64,000 bases of DNA from Escherichia coli. Its GTDB lineage: Bacteria > Pseudomonadota > Gammaproteobacteria > Enterobacterales > Enterobacteriaceae. The stretch lies in assembly GCF_044647545.1 (NCBI RefSeq), contig NZ_CP172818.1. The stretch is one strand, 5' to 3'. A model generated the notes under the pieces. It searched no databases and was not told where the DNA came from. It saw only the letters and a program-made list of their open reading frames with translations. Each line of letters opens with the position of its first letter. Positions within the stretch are counted from its first letter, which is position 1. The position numbers and the translations under genes were made by a program. Below, in pieces: positions 40,983 through 56,687 of this stretch.

Positions 40983-41084
40983 TCACAACCCGAAGATGTT
41001 TCTTTCGACTCATCATCGTGTTGCGAAAATTTGAGAGACTCACGAACAACTTTCGTTGTTCAGTGTTTCAATTTTCAGCTTGAT

Positions 41085-41102
41085 CCAGATTTTTAAAGAG
41101 CA
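41085..41102 (-). promoter_or_regulatory. spacer boxA antitermination element
   Basis: Reverse complement tgctctttaaaaatctgg lies between the spacer tRNAs and 23S. Confidence 0.6.
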
Positions 41103-41165
41103 AAACTTCGCAGTGAACCTTTGCAGGTACACTCTGAAGTATTTTTTATTTAATCACTACAGAGA

Positions 41166-41241
41166 TGGTGGAGCTATGCGGGATCGAACCGCAGACCTCC
41201 TGCGTGCAAAGCAGGCGCTCTCCCAGCTGAGCTATAGCCCC
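41166..41241 (-). tRNA. alaU: tRNA-Ala (UGC), rrnD spacer
   Basis: Reverse complement GGGGCTATAGCTCAGCTGGGAGAGCGCCTGCTTTGCACGCAGGAGGTCTGCGGTTCGATCCCGCATAGCTCCACCA. Confidence 0.97.
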
Positions 41242-41283
41242 ATAACATGTAGTTAAAACCTCTTCAAATTTGCGGTGCAAATT

Positions 41284-41360
<77 letters not shown>

Positions 41361-41428
41361 GTAGAGGTTTTACTGCTCATTTTCATCAGACAATCTGTGT
41401 GAGCACTGCAAAGTACGCTTCTTTAAGG

Positions 41429-42970
<1,542 letters not shown>

Positions 42971-43093
42971 AAAAGTTTGATGCTCAAAGAATTAAACTTC
43001 GTAATGAATTACGTGTTCACTCTTGAGACTTGGTATTCATTTTTCGTCTTGCGACGTTAAGAATCCGTATCTTCGAGTGCCCACACAGATTGT

Positions 43094-43114
43094 CTGATAA
43101 ATTGTTAAAGAGCA
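43094..43114 (-). promoter_or_regulatory. rrnD leader boxA antitermination element
   Basis: Reverse complement TGCTCTTTAACAATTTATCAG. Confidence 0.75.
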
Positions 43115-43149
43115 GTTGCGACGCTGCTTTCAGCTCACTGTCGCGAGGT

Positions 43150-43185
43150 GGCGTATATTACGCTTTCCTCTTTCAGAGTCAACCC
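43150..43185 (-). promoter_or_regulatory. rrnD P2 promoter
   Basis: Reverse strand TTGACT -35 (43177-43182) and TAATAT -10 (43155-43160), 16 bp spacer. Confidence 0.7.
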
Positions 43186-43257
43186 TGAATTTCAGGATTT
43201 TTTCTCTTCGTTGTTCCGACCATCTTGTGAAGTGTTTCACATTGTCGTCTCAACGGA

Positions 43258-43295
43258 GGCGCATTATAGGGATCCCATTTTTTTGCACAAGTACT
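43258..43295 (-). promoter_or_regulatory. rrnD P1 promoter with upstream A/T-rich UP element and Fis region
   Basis: Reverse strand TTGTGC -35 (43285-43290) and TATAAT -10 (43263-43268), 16 bp spacer, GCGC discriminator; A/T tracts continue to about 43400. Confidence 0.75.
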
Positions 43296-43442
43296 TTTTT
43301 GATCTTTTTTTCTGTTTGTTGTTTTTTCACCCTTTTTGCTGCATTTGCACACAAAACGGTGCTTTTTTGCATACTAAAAGACTTGCACAAGGCCAATAAT
43401 GCACCCAAAGTCATTAGTAAATCATTTATTGTTGAGGTAAGT

Positions 43443-43997
43443 ATGTCTGATGTTTTACGCCCATACCGCGATCTTTTTCCACAAATCGGTCAGCGCGTAA
43501 TGATCGACGATAGTAGTGTAGTGATCGGTGACGTTCGTTTGGCTGATGATGTGGGGATCTGGCCACTCGTTGTGATTCGTGGTGATGTACATTATGTACA
43601 GATTGGAGCACGCACCAATATCCAGGATGGCAGTATGTTGCATGTCACCCATAAGTCCTCATACAACCCAGATGGCAACCCATTAACCATTGGCGAAGAT
43701 GTCACTGTTGGTCATAAGGTGATGCTCCACGGCTGTACCATTGGCAATCGAGTGTTGGTTGGGATGGCATCAATTTTACTTGATGGTGCAATAGTAGAAG
43801 ATGATGTGATGATTGGTGCGGGTAGCCTGGTCCCACAAAATAAACGGCTGAAGAGCGGATATCTGTATCTCGGTAGCCCCGTCAAACAGATCCGCCCGTT
43901 AAGTGATGAAGAGAAGGCTGGGTTACGCTATTCCGCAAATAACTACGTGAAATGGAAGGACGAATATCTGGATCAAGGTAACCAGACCCAACCTTGA
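43443..43997 (+). CDS. yrdA: gamma-carbonic-anhydrase-like hexapeptide-repeat protein YrdA
   Basis: 184 aa from MSDVLRPYRDLFPQIGQRV; the 293 aa track ORF runs back through the rrnD promoter and is not credible. Confidence 0.88.
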   Translation: MSDVLRPYRDLFPQIGQRVMIDDSSVVIGDVRLADDVGIWPLVVIRGDVHYVQIGARTNIQDGSMLHVTHKSSYNPDGNPLTIGEDVTVGHKVMLHGCTIGNRVLVGMASILLDGAIVEDDVMIGAGSLVPQNKRLKSGYLYLGSPVKQIRPLSDEEKAGLRYSANNYVKWKDEYLDQGNQTQP

Positions 43998-44230
43998 TCA
44001 TCTTCACTTTGTTCCTGAATTAAGTTTTCTGCTTCTTCTTCCAGGTCCCAGCGATGCTGACGAAAACTCGCTAACCACTGTTCTGGCGTATCTCCTGCAA
44101 AGCGGTTCGCCAGACTCTCTCCAGTAATAGCGCAAGTGAGCTGCATACCATTTACAAGAGCGGGAAAACAAACGCATTTTTTACTCTCGTTCCACTCTTC
44201 CCTGTCCGGAAACTGGATGGCCTGATTCAC
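43973..44230 (-). CDS. yrdB: small acidic protein YrdB
   Basis: 85 aa ORF; 3' end overlaps the convergent yrdA by 25 bp. Confidence 0.8.
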   Translation of the reverse strand: MNQAIQFPDREEWNESKKCVCFPALVNGMQLTCAITGESLANRFAGDTPEQWLASFRQHRWDLEEEAENLIQEQSEDDQGWVWLP

Positions 44231-45045
44231 GCGGACAACTCCTCCTGCAATTGCTTTATAACTGGTTCTATGTCAGGCAGAACACCGTGCCAGAGAAGAA
44301 AGGCATGAGCTGCCTGTGCCACCAGCATCCCCAATCCATCCGCATTACGCTTTGAACCTCGCAGCTCACACCATGCCAGAAAAGGTGTTTTTCCTTTCTG
44401 ATAGAACATGTCATAGCAACACATGCCTGAATGAATGAGCGATGCCGGGATCGCGGGAATATCACCACTGATGCCACTGGATGTTGCATTAATAATGAGA
44501 TCGAACTCATGCCCCTCCAGTTCGTCCATACCCAACGCCTGAATACTGCCCGTGTGCGCAAACAATTTAGCCAACTCTTCCGCGCGGGATACCGTCCGAT
44601 TAGTGATTGTCACCGCGCAGTCCAGAGAAAGGAGTGGAAGTAATACACCACGAGACGCCCCACCAGCGCCGATGAGTAGAATACGTAAACCAGGGCGGAT
44701 AAAAGACAGACGTTCCAGATCGCTTAACAAGCCTACGCCATCGGTATTGTCACCCAGCAGGCGTCCATCTTCTAACCGCTTGAGGGTATTAACAGCACCA
44801 GCCAACGCTGCCCGTTCAGTAAGTTCATCAGCTCTGGCAAAGGCCTCTTCTTTAAAAGGCACCGTCACATTCGCTCCTTTACCACCAGCACTAAAGAAAG
44901 CGTTCAGTGTGTTAATGAAATCATTGATAGGTGCCAGCACGCGCCCATAGGGATGTTCAATATTCAATTGCTGAGCAAATTGCTGATGAATGAATGGCGA
45001 TTTGCTGTGGGCTATTGGATTACCAAAAACAGCATAGTTTTCCAT
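44227..45045 (-). CDS. aroE: shikimate dehydrogenase
   Basis: 272 aa from the [20 protein letters not shown] internal Met. Confidence 0.93.
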   Translation of the reverse strand: MENYAVFGNPIAHSKSPFIHQQFAQQLNIEHPYGRVLAPINDFINTLNAFFSAGGKGANVTVPFKEEAFARADELTERAALAGAVNTLKRLEDGRLLGDNTDGVGLLSDLERLSFIRPGLRILLIGAGGASRGVLLPLLSLDCAVTITNRTVSRAEELAKLFAHTGSIQALGMDELEGHEFDLIINATSSGISGDIPAIPASLIHSGMCCYDMFYQKGKTPFLAWCELRGSKRNADGLGMLVAQAAHAFLLWHGVLPDIEPVIKQLQEELSA

Positions 45046-45049
45046 TATG

Positions 45050-45622
45050 TTACCCCTGTCGAAACAGTTCACCCGTCAGGGCATCGCGGATTTCTGAAGG
45101 ATTTAAACGCCCTCCCGTTTCACCAGGCACAACCGGGAACGCTGCGCCAAATTGTGCGCGAACTTCGTCTACTGTTCGACAAGGCGGCAATCCACTCAAG
45201 TTGGCACTGGTAGAAACCAGCGGTTTACCATAAGCCTGGCACAAAGCAACCACCAACGGATGGTCGGTGACTCGTACAGCAAGCGAATCAAAGCGGCCCG
45301 TCAACCAGCGCGGTGTTGTCGCAGGCGCGGGAAAGACAAAGGTGACGGGACCTGGCCAGCGAGAAAAAATGGTTTCACGCTGCGCATCAGTCAGCATGCA
45401 GTCATCAATATAGGGTTTAAGCTGCTCGTAATTTGCCGCGATTAAAATCAGCCCCTTATCAACCGGACGCTGTTTTAACTCCAACAGTCTCATCACTGCT
45501 GTTTCGCTATCAGGATCGCACCCGACACCGAAAACGGCTTCCGTGGGATAGGCGATGACACGTTCTTCATTGAGGACATCTATCGCAGCTGCGATAGCGT
45601 CTCCTTGCAGGTTATTATTCAC
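45050..45622 (-). CDS. tsaC: threonylcarbamoyl-AMP synthase TsaC (YrdC)
   Basis: 190 aa using the GTG at 45620-45622 ([31 protein letters not shown]). Confidence 0.88.
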   Translation of the reverse strand: MNNNLQGDAIAAAIDVLNEERVIAYPTEAVFGVGCDPDSETAVMRLLELKQRPVDKGLILIAANYEQLKPYIDDCMLTDAQRETIFSRWPGPVTFVFPAPATTPRWLTGRFDSLAVRVTDHPLVVALCQAYGKPLVSTSANLSGLPPCRTVDEVRAQFGAAFPVVPGETGGRLNPSEIRDALTGELFRQG

Positions 45623-45626
45623 GTTA

Positions 45627-46169
45627 TTATTCCGCCGAAACCGGCTTTCCACATTGTTTACTGGCACAAAAGTGTTTTACACCCTGCGCGGTTTTCTTTT
45701 CGATGAGTAGCGGATAATGACACTCAGGGCATTCTCCGGCTATAGGTTTGAAGTTAATGGCAAATTGACACTCCGGGTAGCGATCACAGGAATGAAATGT
45801 TTTGCCATAACGGGAGCGGCGCTGGACCAGATGGCCCGTCCGACATTGGGGACATGTAATTGCTGTTTCGTCCGGTTTATCGATAAGTTCGGTATGTTCG
45901 CATTCAGGATAGTTACTGCAACCAACAAACATACCAAAGCGCCCCTGGCGTAAGACCAGATTTGCGCCGCATGCAGGGCAAATCTGTCCCTCCAGAACTT
46001 TGACGATATGTCCATCCGCTGAAGATTTCAGAGGACGGACGTAGTCACACGCCGGATACTGTGAGCATCCAAGAAACGGACCGTGTTTCCCGGATCGAAT
46101 AACCAGTTCAGCCCCGCACTTTGGGCAGGACTCATTATTACGCACCGTGAACAGTGCTGATTTCGCCAT
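45627..46169 (-). CDS. yrdD: topoisomerase-I-type zinc-ribbon domain protein YrdD
   Basis: 180 aa; repeated CPxCG zinc-ribbon motifs. Confidence 0.85.
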   Translation of the reverse strand: MAKSALFTVRNNESCPKCGAELVIRSGKHGPFLGCSQYPACDYVRPLKSSADGHIVKVLEGQICPACGANLVLRQGRFGMFVGCSNYPECEHTELIDKPDETAITCPQCRTGHLVQRRSRYGKTFHSCDRYPECQFAINFKPIAGECPECHYPLLIEKKTAQGVKHFCASKQCGKPVSAE

Positions 46170-46197
46170 AACAACTTATGCTGAATTAAAGAAATGA

Positions 46198-46671
46198 TTA
46201 ATGCAGCATACCTTCATTCACTTCAAAGAGTAATTCTTCCATTTGCTGGTACGCATTTTCGCAGCCCGGAATATTGAACAACACCATCAGGATTACCCAT
46301 TTCAGGTCTTCCAGGTCGAACTCTGCGGTATCCAGCGCGAGCACTCGCTCTATCACCATTTCACGGGTTTCAAGGTTAAGCACCTGAATTTGCTCAAGGA
46401 AAAGCAGAAAACCACGACAGCTGGCATCCAGCCTTTCACACTCTTCAGGGGTATAAATACGCATGGAGAGTGGATCAGAGGCCAGTTGCATCGGTTCTGC
46501 CAGTCCTTCCTGATAATCCGCAAGCTTTTCCAGCCAAAGCAGGGCATTGTAGATATCTTCTCGATCAAATCCTGCGTCGGTAAGATCCTGTTCAAGTTTG
46601 TCTTGATCCACACGCAACTCAGCTTCTGTGTGAATATAGGTTTCAAACAAATACATTAGTACGTCGAACAT
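46198..46671 (-). CDS. smg: protein Smg
   Basis: 157 aa acidic ORF downstream of smf. Confidence 0.85.
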
Positions 46672-47767
46672 GGCATGCCCTCCTCAATCGGACATAGCCG
46701 CCGGGTACAGCTGCGATCCATCCTGCTAACTCCAGTTCGAGTAGTTGAGTTACTACCTCTGGCACAGGTTGGCCGGCACGTTCAGCGACGACGTCAACAG
46801 GTGTTACCTCATCTCCTACGTTAGCCAGGAGCTCAGGAAATGGCAATGCCACGTCTTCCTGATCTGGTGAATAAAATGAATTTTCAGGGGCGTCTGGCAA
46901 CCAGTGCAATCCAAATTGCAAGTTTTCCAGAATTTCTTCCGGTTCCGTCACAAGAATCGCACCTTGTTTTATTAACCAGTGAGGCCCTTCGCTTCCCGGA
47001 TTCCCTAATGGACCCGGCAAGGCAAAAACTTCACGCCCCTGCTCAAGCGCACAACGTGCTGTCACCAGCGAACCACTGCGCAAAGCCGCTTCCACCACCA
47101 GTACACCTTTACTTAGACCACTGATAATGCGATTTCTTCGTGGGAAATTGTAAGCAAGGGGAGGAACATCAAGGGGAAATTCCGAGACGAGAGCACCACC
47201 CTGTTCAAGTAGACTGGCAGCCAGTGGAGCATGGCGGCGGGGATGAATAGTATTAAGTCCATTCCCCAATACAGCAATGCTGACGCCATTTACCTGTAAG
47301 GCCGCTTTATGCGCCACACCATCGATTCCACGCGCCAGTCCACTCGTAATTGTCACTCCACGCGTCGCCAGAGTTTCGCAAAATAATCGTCCCCATCGCT
47401 CGCCATACCATGAATGCGCCCGACTCCCCACTACGGCAAGCTGAAATGAATGCAACGCGTGCAGTTCTCCTTCAACAAACAGTGTGCCGGGGTAATCTGT
47501 CGTCGCCAGAAGTTGAGGAGGATAAAATTCGCTGTCCGCAGAGATTAAATGATGGTTGGGTTGCTCCAACCAACAAAGTGAGCTTTCGATACTCTTTCGC
47601 GGAAATGAAAGAAAGCGTTGTGCCTGCCGCAATGTAAGCCCTGTTTGCTGCAATACAACCGCATCAATATGCGACTGTTTTGCCAGCCAGTGAGCTATAC
47701 GGACCATATCATCGCCGTACAAGCTGCTGACGCTCATTAAACGCAGCCAAATTTCTGTATCGACCAT
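46643..47767 (-). CDS. smf: DNA processing protein DprA (Smf)
   Basis: 374 aa; divergent from def. Confidence 0.88.
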
Positions 47768-47896
47768 CCTTATCTCCCTGCCATAAGCAGCCTTAGCAAT
47801 CTTTGCGATTGGTCAGTGATGCTGTCAATCAGAGGGGGATTTGTCTAGAATAGAAGAAATAATCTTTCTAACTCCTGAACACATCTCTGGAGATTT

Positions 47897-48406
47897 ATGT
47901 CAGTTTTGCAAGTGTTACATATTCCGGACGAGCGGCTTCGCAAAGTTGCTAAACCGGTAGAAGAAGTGAATGCAGAAATTCAGCGTATCGTCGATGATAT
48001 GTTCGAGACGATGTACGCAGAAGAAGGTATTGGCCTGGCGGCAACCCAGGTCGATATCCATCAACGTATCATTGTTATTGATGTTTCGGAAAACCGTGAC
48101 GAACGGCTGGTGTTAATCAATCCGGAGCTTTTAGAAAAAAGCGGCGAAACAGGCATTGAAGAAGGATGCCTGTCGATCCCTGAACAACGTGCTTTAGTGC
48201 CACGCGCAGAGAAAGTTAAAATTCGCGCCCTGGACCGCGACGGTAAACCATTTGAACTGGAAGCAGAGGGTCTGTTAGCCATCTGTATTCAGCATGAGAT
48301 GGATCACCTGGTCGGCAAACTGTTTATGGATTATCTGTCACCGCTGAAACAACAACGTATTCGTCAGAAAGTTGAAAAACTGGATCGTCTGAAAGCCCGG
48401 GCTTAA
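47897..48406 (+). CDS. def: peptide deformylase
   Basis: 169 aa; motifs [18 protein letters not shown]. Confidence 0.97.
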
Positions 48407-48420
48407 GGATAAGAACTAAC

Positions 48421-49368
48421 GTGTCAGAATCACTACGTATTATTTTTGCGGGTACACCTGACTTTGCAGCGCGTCATCTCGACGCGCTGTTGTCTTCTGG
48501 TCATAACGTCGTTGGCGTGTTCACCCAGCCAGACCGACCGGCAGGACGCGGTAAAAAACTGATGCCCAGCCCGGTTAAAGTTCTGGCTGAGGAAAAAGGT
48601 CTGCCCGTTTTTCAACCTGTTTCCCTGCGTCCACAAGAAAACCAGCAACTGGTCGCCGATCTACAGGCTGATGTTATGGTTGTCGTCGCCTATGGCTTAA
48701 TTCTGCCTAAAGCAGTGTTGGAGATGCCGCGTCTTGGCTGTATCAACGTTCATGGTTCACTGCTGCCGCGCTGGCGCGGTGCCGCGCCAATCCAACGTTC
48801 GCTGTGGGCGGGCGATGCAGAAACCGGCGTAACCATTATGCAAATGGATATTGGTTTAGACACCGGTGACATGCTCTATAAGCTCTCCTGCCCGATTACC
48901 GCAGAAGATACCAGTGGTACGCTGTACGACAAACTGGCAGAGCTTGGCCCACAAGGGCTTATTACTACGTTGAAACAACTGGCAGACGGCACGGCGAAAC
49001 CAGAAGTTCAGGACGAAACTCTCGTCACTTACGCTGAAAAATTGAGTAAAGAAGAAGCGCGTATTGACTGGTCGCTTTCGGCGGCACAGCTTGAACGCTG
49101 CATTCGCGCTTTTAATCCATGGCCAATGAGCTGGCTGGAAATTGAAGGCCAGCCTGTTAAGGTCTGGAAAGCGTCGGTCATTGATACGGTGACAAAGTCT
49201 GCGCCAGGAACAATCCTTGAAGCCAGCAAACAAGGCATTCAGGTCGCGACCGGTGATGGCATCCTGAATCTGCTCTCGTTGCAACCTGCGGGTAAGAAAG
49301 CGATGAGCGCACAAGACCTCCTGAATTCTCGTCGGGAATGGTTTGTTCCGGGCAACCGTCTGGCCTGA
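48421..49368 (+). CDS. fmt: methionyl-tRNA formyltransferase
   Basis: 315 aa; GTG start; [19 protein letters not shown]. Confidence 0.95.
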   Translation: MSESLRIIFAGTPDFAARHLDALLSSGHNVVGVFTQPDRPAGRGKKLMPSPVKVLAEEKGLPVFQPVSLRPQENQQLVADLQADVMVVVAYGLILPKAVLEMPRLGCINVHGSLLPRWRGAAPIQRSLWAGDAETGVTIMQMDIGLDTGDMLYKLSCPITAEDTSGTLYDKLAELGPQGLITTLKQLADGTAKPEVQDETLVTYAEKLSKEEARIDWSLSAAQLERCIRAFNPWPMSWLEIEGQPVKVWKASVIDTVTKSAPGTILEASKQGIQVATGDGILNLLSLQPAGKKAMSAQDLLNSRREWFVPGNRLA

Positions 49369-49413
49369 TAGTCCACTCTTCTAAGCCCGGTCTTGCCGGG
49401 CATTTTTATACTT

Positions 49414-50703
49414 ATGAAAAAACAACGTAATTTACGTAGCATGGCGGCCCAGGCCGTTGAACAAGTCGTCGAGCAAGGGCAATCATTAAGCAACATTCTG
49501 CCACCGCTCCAGCAAAAAGTTTCTGATAAAGACAAAGCACTTCTTCAAGAGTTGTGCTTTGGCGTACTGCGTACGCTTTCACAGTTAGACTGGCTGATTA
49601 ATAAGCTAATGGCCCGTCCGATGACAGGCAAACAGCGTACTGTTCATTACCTGATTATGGTTGGTTTGTATCAACTGCTTTATACCCGCATTCCACCTCA
49701 TGCCGCGCTGGCTGAAACGGTTGAAGGCGCAGTTGCAATTAAGCGCCCGCAACTTAAGGGATTGATTAACGGTGTATTACGTCAGTTCCAGCGTCAGCAA
49801 GATGAGTTATTAGCCGAGTTTAATGCCAGTGATGCACGTTATCTGCATCCTTCCTGGTTGCTGAAGCGTCTGCAAAAGGCGTATCCCGAGCAGTGGCAAT
49901 CCATCGTCGAAGCCAATAACCAGCGTCCGCCAATGTGGCTGCGCGTTAATCGTACGCATCATTCCCGCGACAGCTGGCTTGCATTGCTGGATGAAGCAGG
50001 AATGAAAGGTTTCCCGCATGCGGATTACCCTGATGCTGTACAGCTGGAAACACCTGCACCTGTTCATGCGCTACCCGGTTTTGAAGAAGGATGGGTTACC
50101 GTTCAGGATGCTTCAGCACAAGGTTGCATGACCTGGCTTGCTCCACAAAATGGTGAACACATTCTGGATCTTTGCGCTGCCCCCGGCGGTAAAACAACGC
50201 ATATTCTTGAGGTTGCTCCAGAGGCGCAAGTTCTGGCGGTCGATATTGATGAGCAGCGCCTCTCTCGCGTTTACGACAATTTAAAACGCCTTGGTATGAA
50301 GGCAACCGTGAAACAAGGTGATGGCCGTTACCCTTCCCAATGGTGTGGCGAGCAACAGTTTGATCGCATTTTATTAGATGCGCCTTGTTCAGCAACCGGT
50401 GTGATTCGTCGCCATCCGGATATTAAATGGTTACGTCGCGATCGCGATATCCCGGAACTCGCGCAATTGCAGTCTGAAATTCTCGACGCCATTTGGCCGC
50501 ATTTAAAATCCGGTGGAACCCTGGTCTATGCCACCTGTTCAGTGTTACCGGAAGAGAATAGCCTGCAGATTAAAGCCTTTTTGCAACGTACCGCTGATGC
50601 CGAACTTTGCGAAACAGGAACACCAGAGCAACCGGGTAAACAAAATCTGCCTGGTGCCGAAGAGGGCGACGGCTTCTTTTACGCTAAGCTAATCAAAAAG
50701 TGA
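49414..50703 (+). CDS. rsmB: 16S rRNA m5C967 methyltransferase RsmB
   Basis: 429 aa from [18 protein letters not shown]; track ORF extended 7 codons upstream. Confidence 0.93.
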   Translation: MKKQRNLRSMAAQAVEQVVEQGQSLSNILPPLQQKVSDKDKALLQELCFGVLRTLSQLDWLINKLMARPMTGKQRTVHYLIMVGLYQLLYTRIPPHAALAETVEGAVAIKRPQLKGLINGVLRQFQRQQDELLAEFNASDARYLHPSWLLKRLQKAYPEQWQSIVEANNQRPPMWLRVNRTHHSRDSWLALLDEAGMKGFPHADYPDAVQLETPAPVHALPGFEEGWVTVQDASAQGCMTWLAPQNGEHILDLCAAPGGKTTHILEVAPEAQVLAVDIDEQRLSRVYDNLKRLGMKATVKQGDGRYPSQWCGEQQFDRILLDAPCSATGVIRRHPDIKWLRRDRDIPELAQLQSEILDAIWPHLKSGGTLVYATCSVLPEENSLQIKAFLQRTADAELCETGTPEQPGKQNLPGAEEGDGFFYAKLIKK

Positions 50704-50724
50704 TGAGATAACGGGTCGCGACTG

Positions 50725-52101
50725 ATGAAAATTATCATTCTGGGTGCCGGCCAGGTTGGCGGCACACTGGCGGAAAACCTGGTTGGCGAGAACAACGATA
50801 TCACTGTTGTCGATACCAACGGTGAGCGTCTGCGGACCTTGCAGGATAAATTTGACCTGCGAGTCGTGCAGGGGCATGGCTCTCATCCACGCGTATTGCG
50901 GGAGGCAGGTGCCGACGACGCCGATATGCTGGTTGCTGTAACCAGTTCAGATGAAACCAATATGGTTGCCTGCCAGGTAGCCTACTCACTTTTCAACACC
51001 CCTAATCGCATCGCTCGTATCCGCTCACCAGACTACGTGCGCGATGCCGATAAGCTATTTCATTCAGATGCTGTACCGATTGATCATCTGATCGCACCAG
51101 AGCAGTTGGTTATCGATAATATTTACCGACTGATTGAGTATCCCGGCGCATTGCAGGTGGTAAACTTCGCTGAGGGTAAAGTCAGCCTGGCTGTGGTTAA
51201 AGCCTATTACGGCGGCCCGCTGATTGGTAATGCACTTTCGACCATGCGCGAACATATGCCACATATCGATACTCGTGTGGCAGCAATTTTCCGCCATGAT
51301 CGCCCCATTCGTCCGCAAGGTTCGACCATTGTTGAAGCTGGTGATGAAGTGTTCTTTATTGCCGCTTCACAGCATATCCGCGCGGTGATGAGTGAATTAC
51401 AGCGACTGGAAAAACCGTATAAGCGGATCATGCTGGTTGGTGGTGGTAATATCGGTGCAGGGCTGGCGCGTCGTCTGGAAAAAGATTACAGCGTCAAACT
51501 CATCGAACGTAATCAGCAGCGCGCTGCCGAACTGGCGGAAAAGTTGCAGAATACGATCGTCTTTTTTGGTGATGCGTCGGATCAAGAACTGCTGGCCGAA
51601 GAACATATCGATCAAGTTGATCTGTTTATTGCTGTCACCAACGATGACGAAGCCAATATCATGTCCGCCATGCTTGCCAAACGTATGGGTGCGAAAAAGG
51701 TGATGGTATTGATCCAGCGTCGCGCTTATGTGGATCTGGTTCAGGGGAGCGTGATCGATATTGCGATTTCACCGCAACAAGCAACTATTTCTGCGTTGCT
51801 TAGCCATGTGCGAAAAGCTGATATTGTTGGTGTTTCCTCACTGCGCCGCGGCGTAGCAGAAGCTATTGAAGCCGTTGCTCACGGTGATGAAAGCACCTCA
51901 CGCGTTGTCGGCAGAGTCATTGATGAAATCAAGCTACCGCCAGGAACGATTATTGGAGCGGTGGTACGTGGAAACGACGTGATGATTGCCAATGACAATC
52001 TGCGCATTGAGCAAGGCGATCACGTAATTATGTTCCTCACAGATAAAAAGTTTATTACCGACGTCGAAAGACTGTTCCAGCCAAGTCCTTTCTTCTTGTA
52101 A
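50725..52101 (+). CDS. trkA: Trk potassium-uptake NAD-binding protein TrkA
   Basis: 458 aa; [19 protein letters not shown]ossmann motif. Confidence 0.95.
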   Translation: MKIIILGAGQVGGTLAENLVGENNDITVVDTNGERLRTLQDKFDLRVVQGHGSHPRVLREAGADDADMLVAVTSSDETNMVACQVAYSLFNTPNRIARIRSPDYVRDADKLFHSDAVPIDHLIAPEQLVIDNIYRLIEYPGALQVVNFAEGKVSLAVVKAYYGGPLIGNALSTMREHMPHIDTRVAAIFRHDRPIRPQGSTIVEAGDEVFFIAASQHIRAVMSELQRLEKPYKRIMLVGGGNIGAGLARRLEKDYSVKLIERNQQRAAELAEKLQNTIVFFGDASDQELLAEEHIDQVDLFIAVTNDDEANIMSAMLAKRMGAKKVMVLIQRRAYVDLVQGSVIDIAISPQQATISALLSHVRKADIVGVSSLRRGVAEAIEAVAHGDESTSRVVGRVIDEIKLPPGTIIGAVVRGNDVMIANDNLRIEQGDHVIMFLTDKKFITDVERLFQPSPFFL

Positions 52102-52230
52102 TTAATAAGGCGTCTAATGACGCCTTATTATTTCCCTTTGATTATCAAGGATTAATTAAATTCATTCCTGGCAGGAAAATGGCTTAACATTTGTTAGACT
52201 TATGGTTGTCGGCTTCATAGGGAGAATAAC

Positions 52231-52641
52231 ATGAGCATTATTAAAGAATTTCGCGAATTTGCGATGCGCGGGAACGTGGTGGATTTGGCGGTGGGTGTCA
52301 TTATCGGTGCGGCATTCGGGAAGATTGTATCTTCACTGGTTGCCGATATCATCATGCCACCTCTGGGCTTATTAATTGGCGGGATCGACTTTAAACAGTT
52401 TGCTGTCACGCTACGCGATGCGCAGGGGGATATCCCTGCTGTTGTGATGCATTACGGTGTCTTCATTCAAAACGTCTTTGATTTTCTGATTGTGGCCTTT
52501 GCCATCTTTATGGCGATTAAGCTAATCAACAAACTGAATCGGAAAAAAGAAGAACCAGCAGCCGCACCTGCACCAACTAAAGAAGAAGTATTACTGACAG
52601 AAATTCGTGATTTGCTGAAAGAGCAGAATAACCGCTCTTAA
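52231..52641 (+). CDS. mscL: large-conductance mechanosensitive channel
   Basis: 136 aa; translation matches MscL as recalled. Confidence 0.98.
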
Positions 52642-52856
52642 CAAGCGCCTGAAAGCAGAAGGCCAGTGGTAAAAAAGTGATTTACTTTCTTGCCACTGGC
52701 CTCCCAGTTCCCCCGATTGCCATGTTTTCCTTTTCGCATGTAACTGCCTTTCCCTTTCTTATTTTTCTCTACTCGCTGTCGGAATAAGGGATCATGTAGT
52801 AATGCTTCTATCGCATTATCCTTTATCTGCCCTTTAGTATGCTGATATCGGCTCAT
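52638..52856 (-). CDS. arfA: alternative ribosome-rescue factor ArfA
   Basis: 72 aa ([39 protein letters not shown]...); 3' end overlaps the mscL stop by 4 bp. Confidence 0.9.
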
Positions 52857-52911
52857 AAAAACTCCAGTTGGTTATTTAACGGCGCGAGTGTAATCCTGCC
52901 AGTGCAAAAAA

Positions 52912-53337
52912 TCAACAGCCACTCTTAACGCCACTCGCTCCTTGTTCAAGAGCTTCAAGAATCGAGCAATAAACACTGCTATGGGCGGTCCCACAACAGG
53001 CATCGTTAAGGCGTTGCAAGGAACGCTGCATACTCTGCAACTCGGCTATCCGTGCTTCGACTTCCTGCAATCTTTCCTGCACAATGCCTTTTGACTCCTG
53101 ACAGGTATGGTGTTCAGGATCGATACGGATCGACAGCAACTCGCGGATCGACTCCAGACTGAAACCAAGTTGTCTGGCATGGCGGATAAATTTCAATCGC
53201 TGGAGATCGCTTTCGGTATACAGGCGAAACCCACCTTCGGTGCGTACTTCATGCTCCATCATCTGCTGCTTTTCGTAATAACGAATCGTGTCGGGCGTAA
53301 CTTCTGCCAGTTTTGCCAACTCACCAATGCGATACAT
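52912..53337 (-). CDS. zntR: MerR-family Zn(II)-responsive regulator ZntR
   Basis: 141 aa; MerR HTH MYRIGELAKLAEVTPDTIRYYEKQ; C-terminal Cys/His cluster. Confidence 0.93.
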   Translation of the reverse strand: MYRIGELAKLAEVTPDTIRYYEKQQMMEHEVRTEGGFRLYTESDLQRLKFIRHARQLGFSLESIRELLSIRIDPEHHTCQESKGIVQERLQEVEARIAELQSMQRSLQRLNDACCGTAHSSVYCSILEALEQGASGVKSGC

Positions 53338-53347
53338 AAATTATCTC

Positions 53348-53716
53348 TCAGTTGTCATTAATTTTATTCAGAAGCTTATCAGCATATTCGCCACGTAAAA
53401 ATTCAGTGCTCAAACCTGCTTGCCGCAGTTTCAACTCCAGTAAAGACAACTGACGGCTAACCTCTTGATATTGCTGGTCATCCTGACGGATACCTTTGAG
53501 AATATCCAGAAGCTGAATTGCTTCCTTGCGCTGCTCAAGTTCTGGCGGTAAACAACCAGCATTTTTTAACAAGCGATAGCCAGCACGCAGTTCCGGCGGT
53601 ACGTGTGAATCATCATCCAGAATTAATGGCTCACCAATGCCTGGGAGATTATCAAACTCACCTTTAGCTTGTGCTTCAGTAATATGGCGCTCTGCCCACT
53701 GGTCAAGTAACCACAT
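53348..53716 (-). CDS. yhdN: DUF1992 protein YhdN
   Basis: 122 aa ORF upstream of zntR on the same strand. Confidence 0.85.
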   Translation of the reverse strand: MWLLDQWAERHITEAQAKGEFDNLPGIGEPLILDDDSHVPPELRAGYRLLKNAGCLPPELEQRKEAIQLLDILKGIRQDDQQYQEVSRQLSLLELKLRQAGLSTEFLRGEYADKLLNKINDN

Positions 53717-53781
53717 AAATACTCCAGGGGATGAACAAAAAGAGTACAGCTATTGTAGATAAGTGGGGATACTATGGGTAT

Positions 53782-53809
53782 AAAAAAACCCGCCGGGGCG
53801 GGTTTTTTT
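53782..53809 (-). terminator. alpha-operon terminator after rplQ (symmetric, potentially bidirectional)
   Basis: aaaaaaacccgccggggcgggttttttt. Confidence 0.8.
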
Positions 53810-53822
53810 ACGTTGCTTCAGA

Positions 53823-54230
<408 letters not shown>

Positions 54231-54246
54231 TTAACCTGTGATCCGG

Positions 54247-55236
54247 TTACTCGTCAGCGATGCTTGCCGGTGGCCAGTTTTCCAGGCGCATGCCCAGAGA
54301 CAGTCCACGGGAAGCCAGCACGTCTTTAATCTCAGTAAGAGATTTTTTACCAAGGTTAGGCGTTTTAAGGAGCTCAACCTCGGTACGCTGTACCAGATCA
54401 CCGATATAGTGGATAGCTTCTGCTTTAAGGCAGTTAGCAGAGCGGACAGTCAATTCCAGATCGTCAACAGGGCGCAGCAGGATCGGATCGAACTCTGGTT
54501 TCTCTTCTTTCACTTCAGGCTGACGTACATCACGTAAGTCAACGAAAGCTTCCAGTTGTTCAGCCAGAATGGTTGCCGCACGACGAATCGCCTCTTCAGG
54601 ATCGATTGTGCCGTTGGTTTCCATTTCGATGACCAGCTTGTCCAGGTCGGTACGCTGTTCTACACGCGCTGCTTCAACATTGTAGGCAATACGCTCCACA
54701 GGGCTGTAGCATGCGTCGACCAGCAGACGGCCGATTGGGCGCTCATCTTCTTCCGAATGAATTCGGGTAGAAGCCGGCACATAACCACGACCGCGCTGAA
54801 CTTTGATACGCATGCTAATAGACGCGTTCTCATCGGTCAGGTGGCAGATCACGTGCTGCGGCTTGACGATTTCGACATCACCGTCGTGGGTGATATCGGC
54901 TGCAGTCACAGGGCCAATGCCAGATTTATTCAAGGTAAGAATAACTTCATCTTTGCCCTGAACTCTCACCGCCAGCCCTTTCAGGTTGAGCAGGATTTCC
55001 AGGATATCTTCCTGAACGCCTTCTTTGGTGCTGTACTCATGTAGTACACCATCAATCTCAACCTCGGTCACCGCGCAACCCGGCATCGATGAGAGCAGAA
55101 TACGGCGCAGTGCGTTACCCAGAGTATGGCCAAAGCCACGCTCTAAAGGCTCAAGGGTCACCTTGGCGTGCGTCGAACTCACTTGCTCGATATCAACCAG
55201 GCGCGGTTTTAGAAACTCTGTCACAGAACCCTGCAT
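54247..55236 (-). CDS. rpoA: RNA polymerase alpha subunit
   Basis: 329 aa; translation matches RpoA as recalled. Confidence 0.98.
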
Positions 55237-55261
55237 TGTGTCCTCTCTTTGGTACTAAGCT

Positions 55262-56308
<1,047 letters not shown>

Positions 56309-56321
56309 TCAATCACCCCGA

Positions 56322-56687
<366 letters not shown>

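Noticed and set aside
43270-43275. GGATCC (BamHI site) next to the rrnD P1 -10 element, considered as a possible cloning scar
   Set aside because: The site sits in sequence that reads as a native rrn P1 promoter (TTGTGC, 16 bp spacer, TATAAT, GCGC discriminator) with no vector-like flanks.
43116-43442. Upstream extension of yrdA to a 293 aa ORF
   Set aside because: The extension runs through the rrnD P1/P2 promoters and the A/T-rich UP region and has poly-F/C low-complexity translation; the credible yrdA start is the ATG at 43443.
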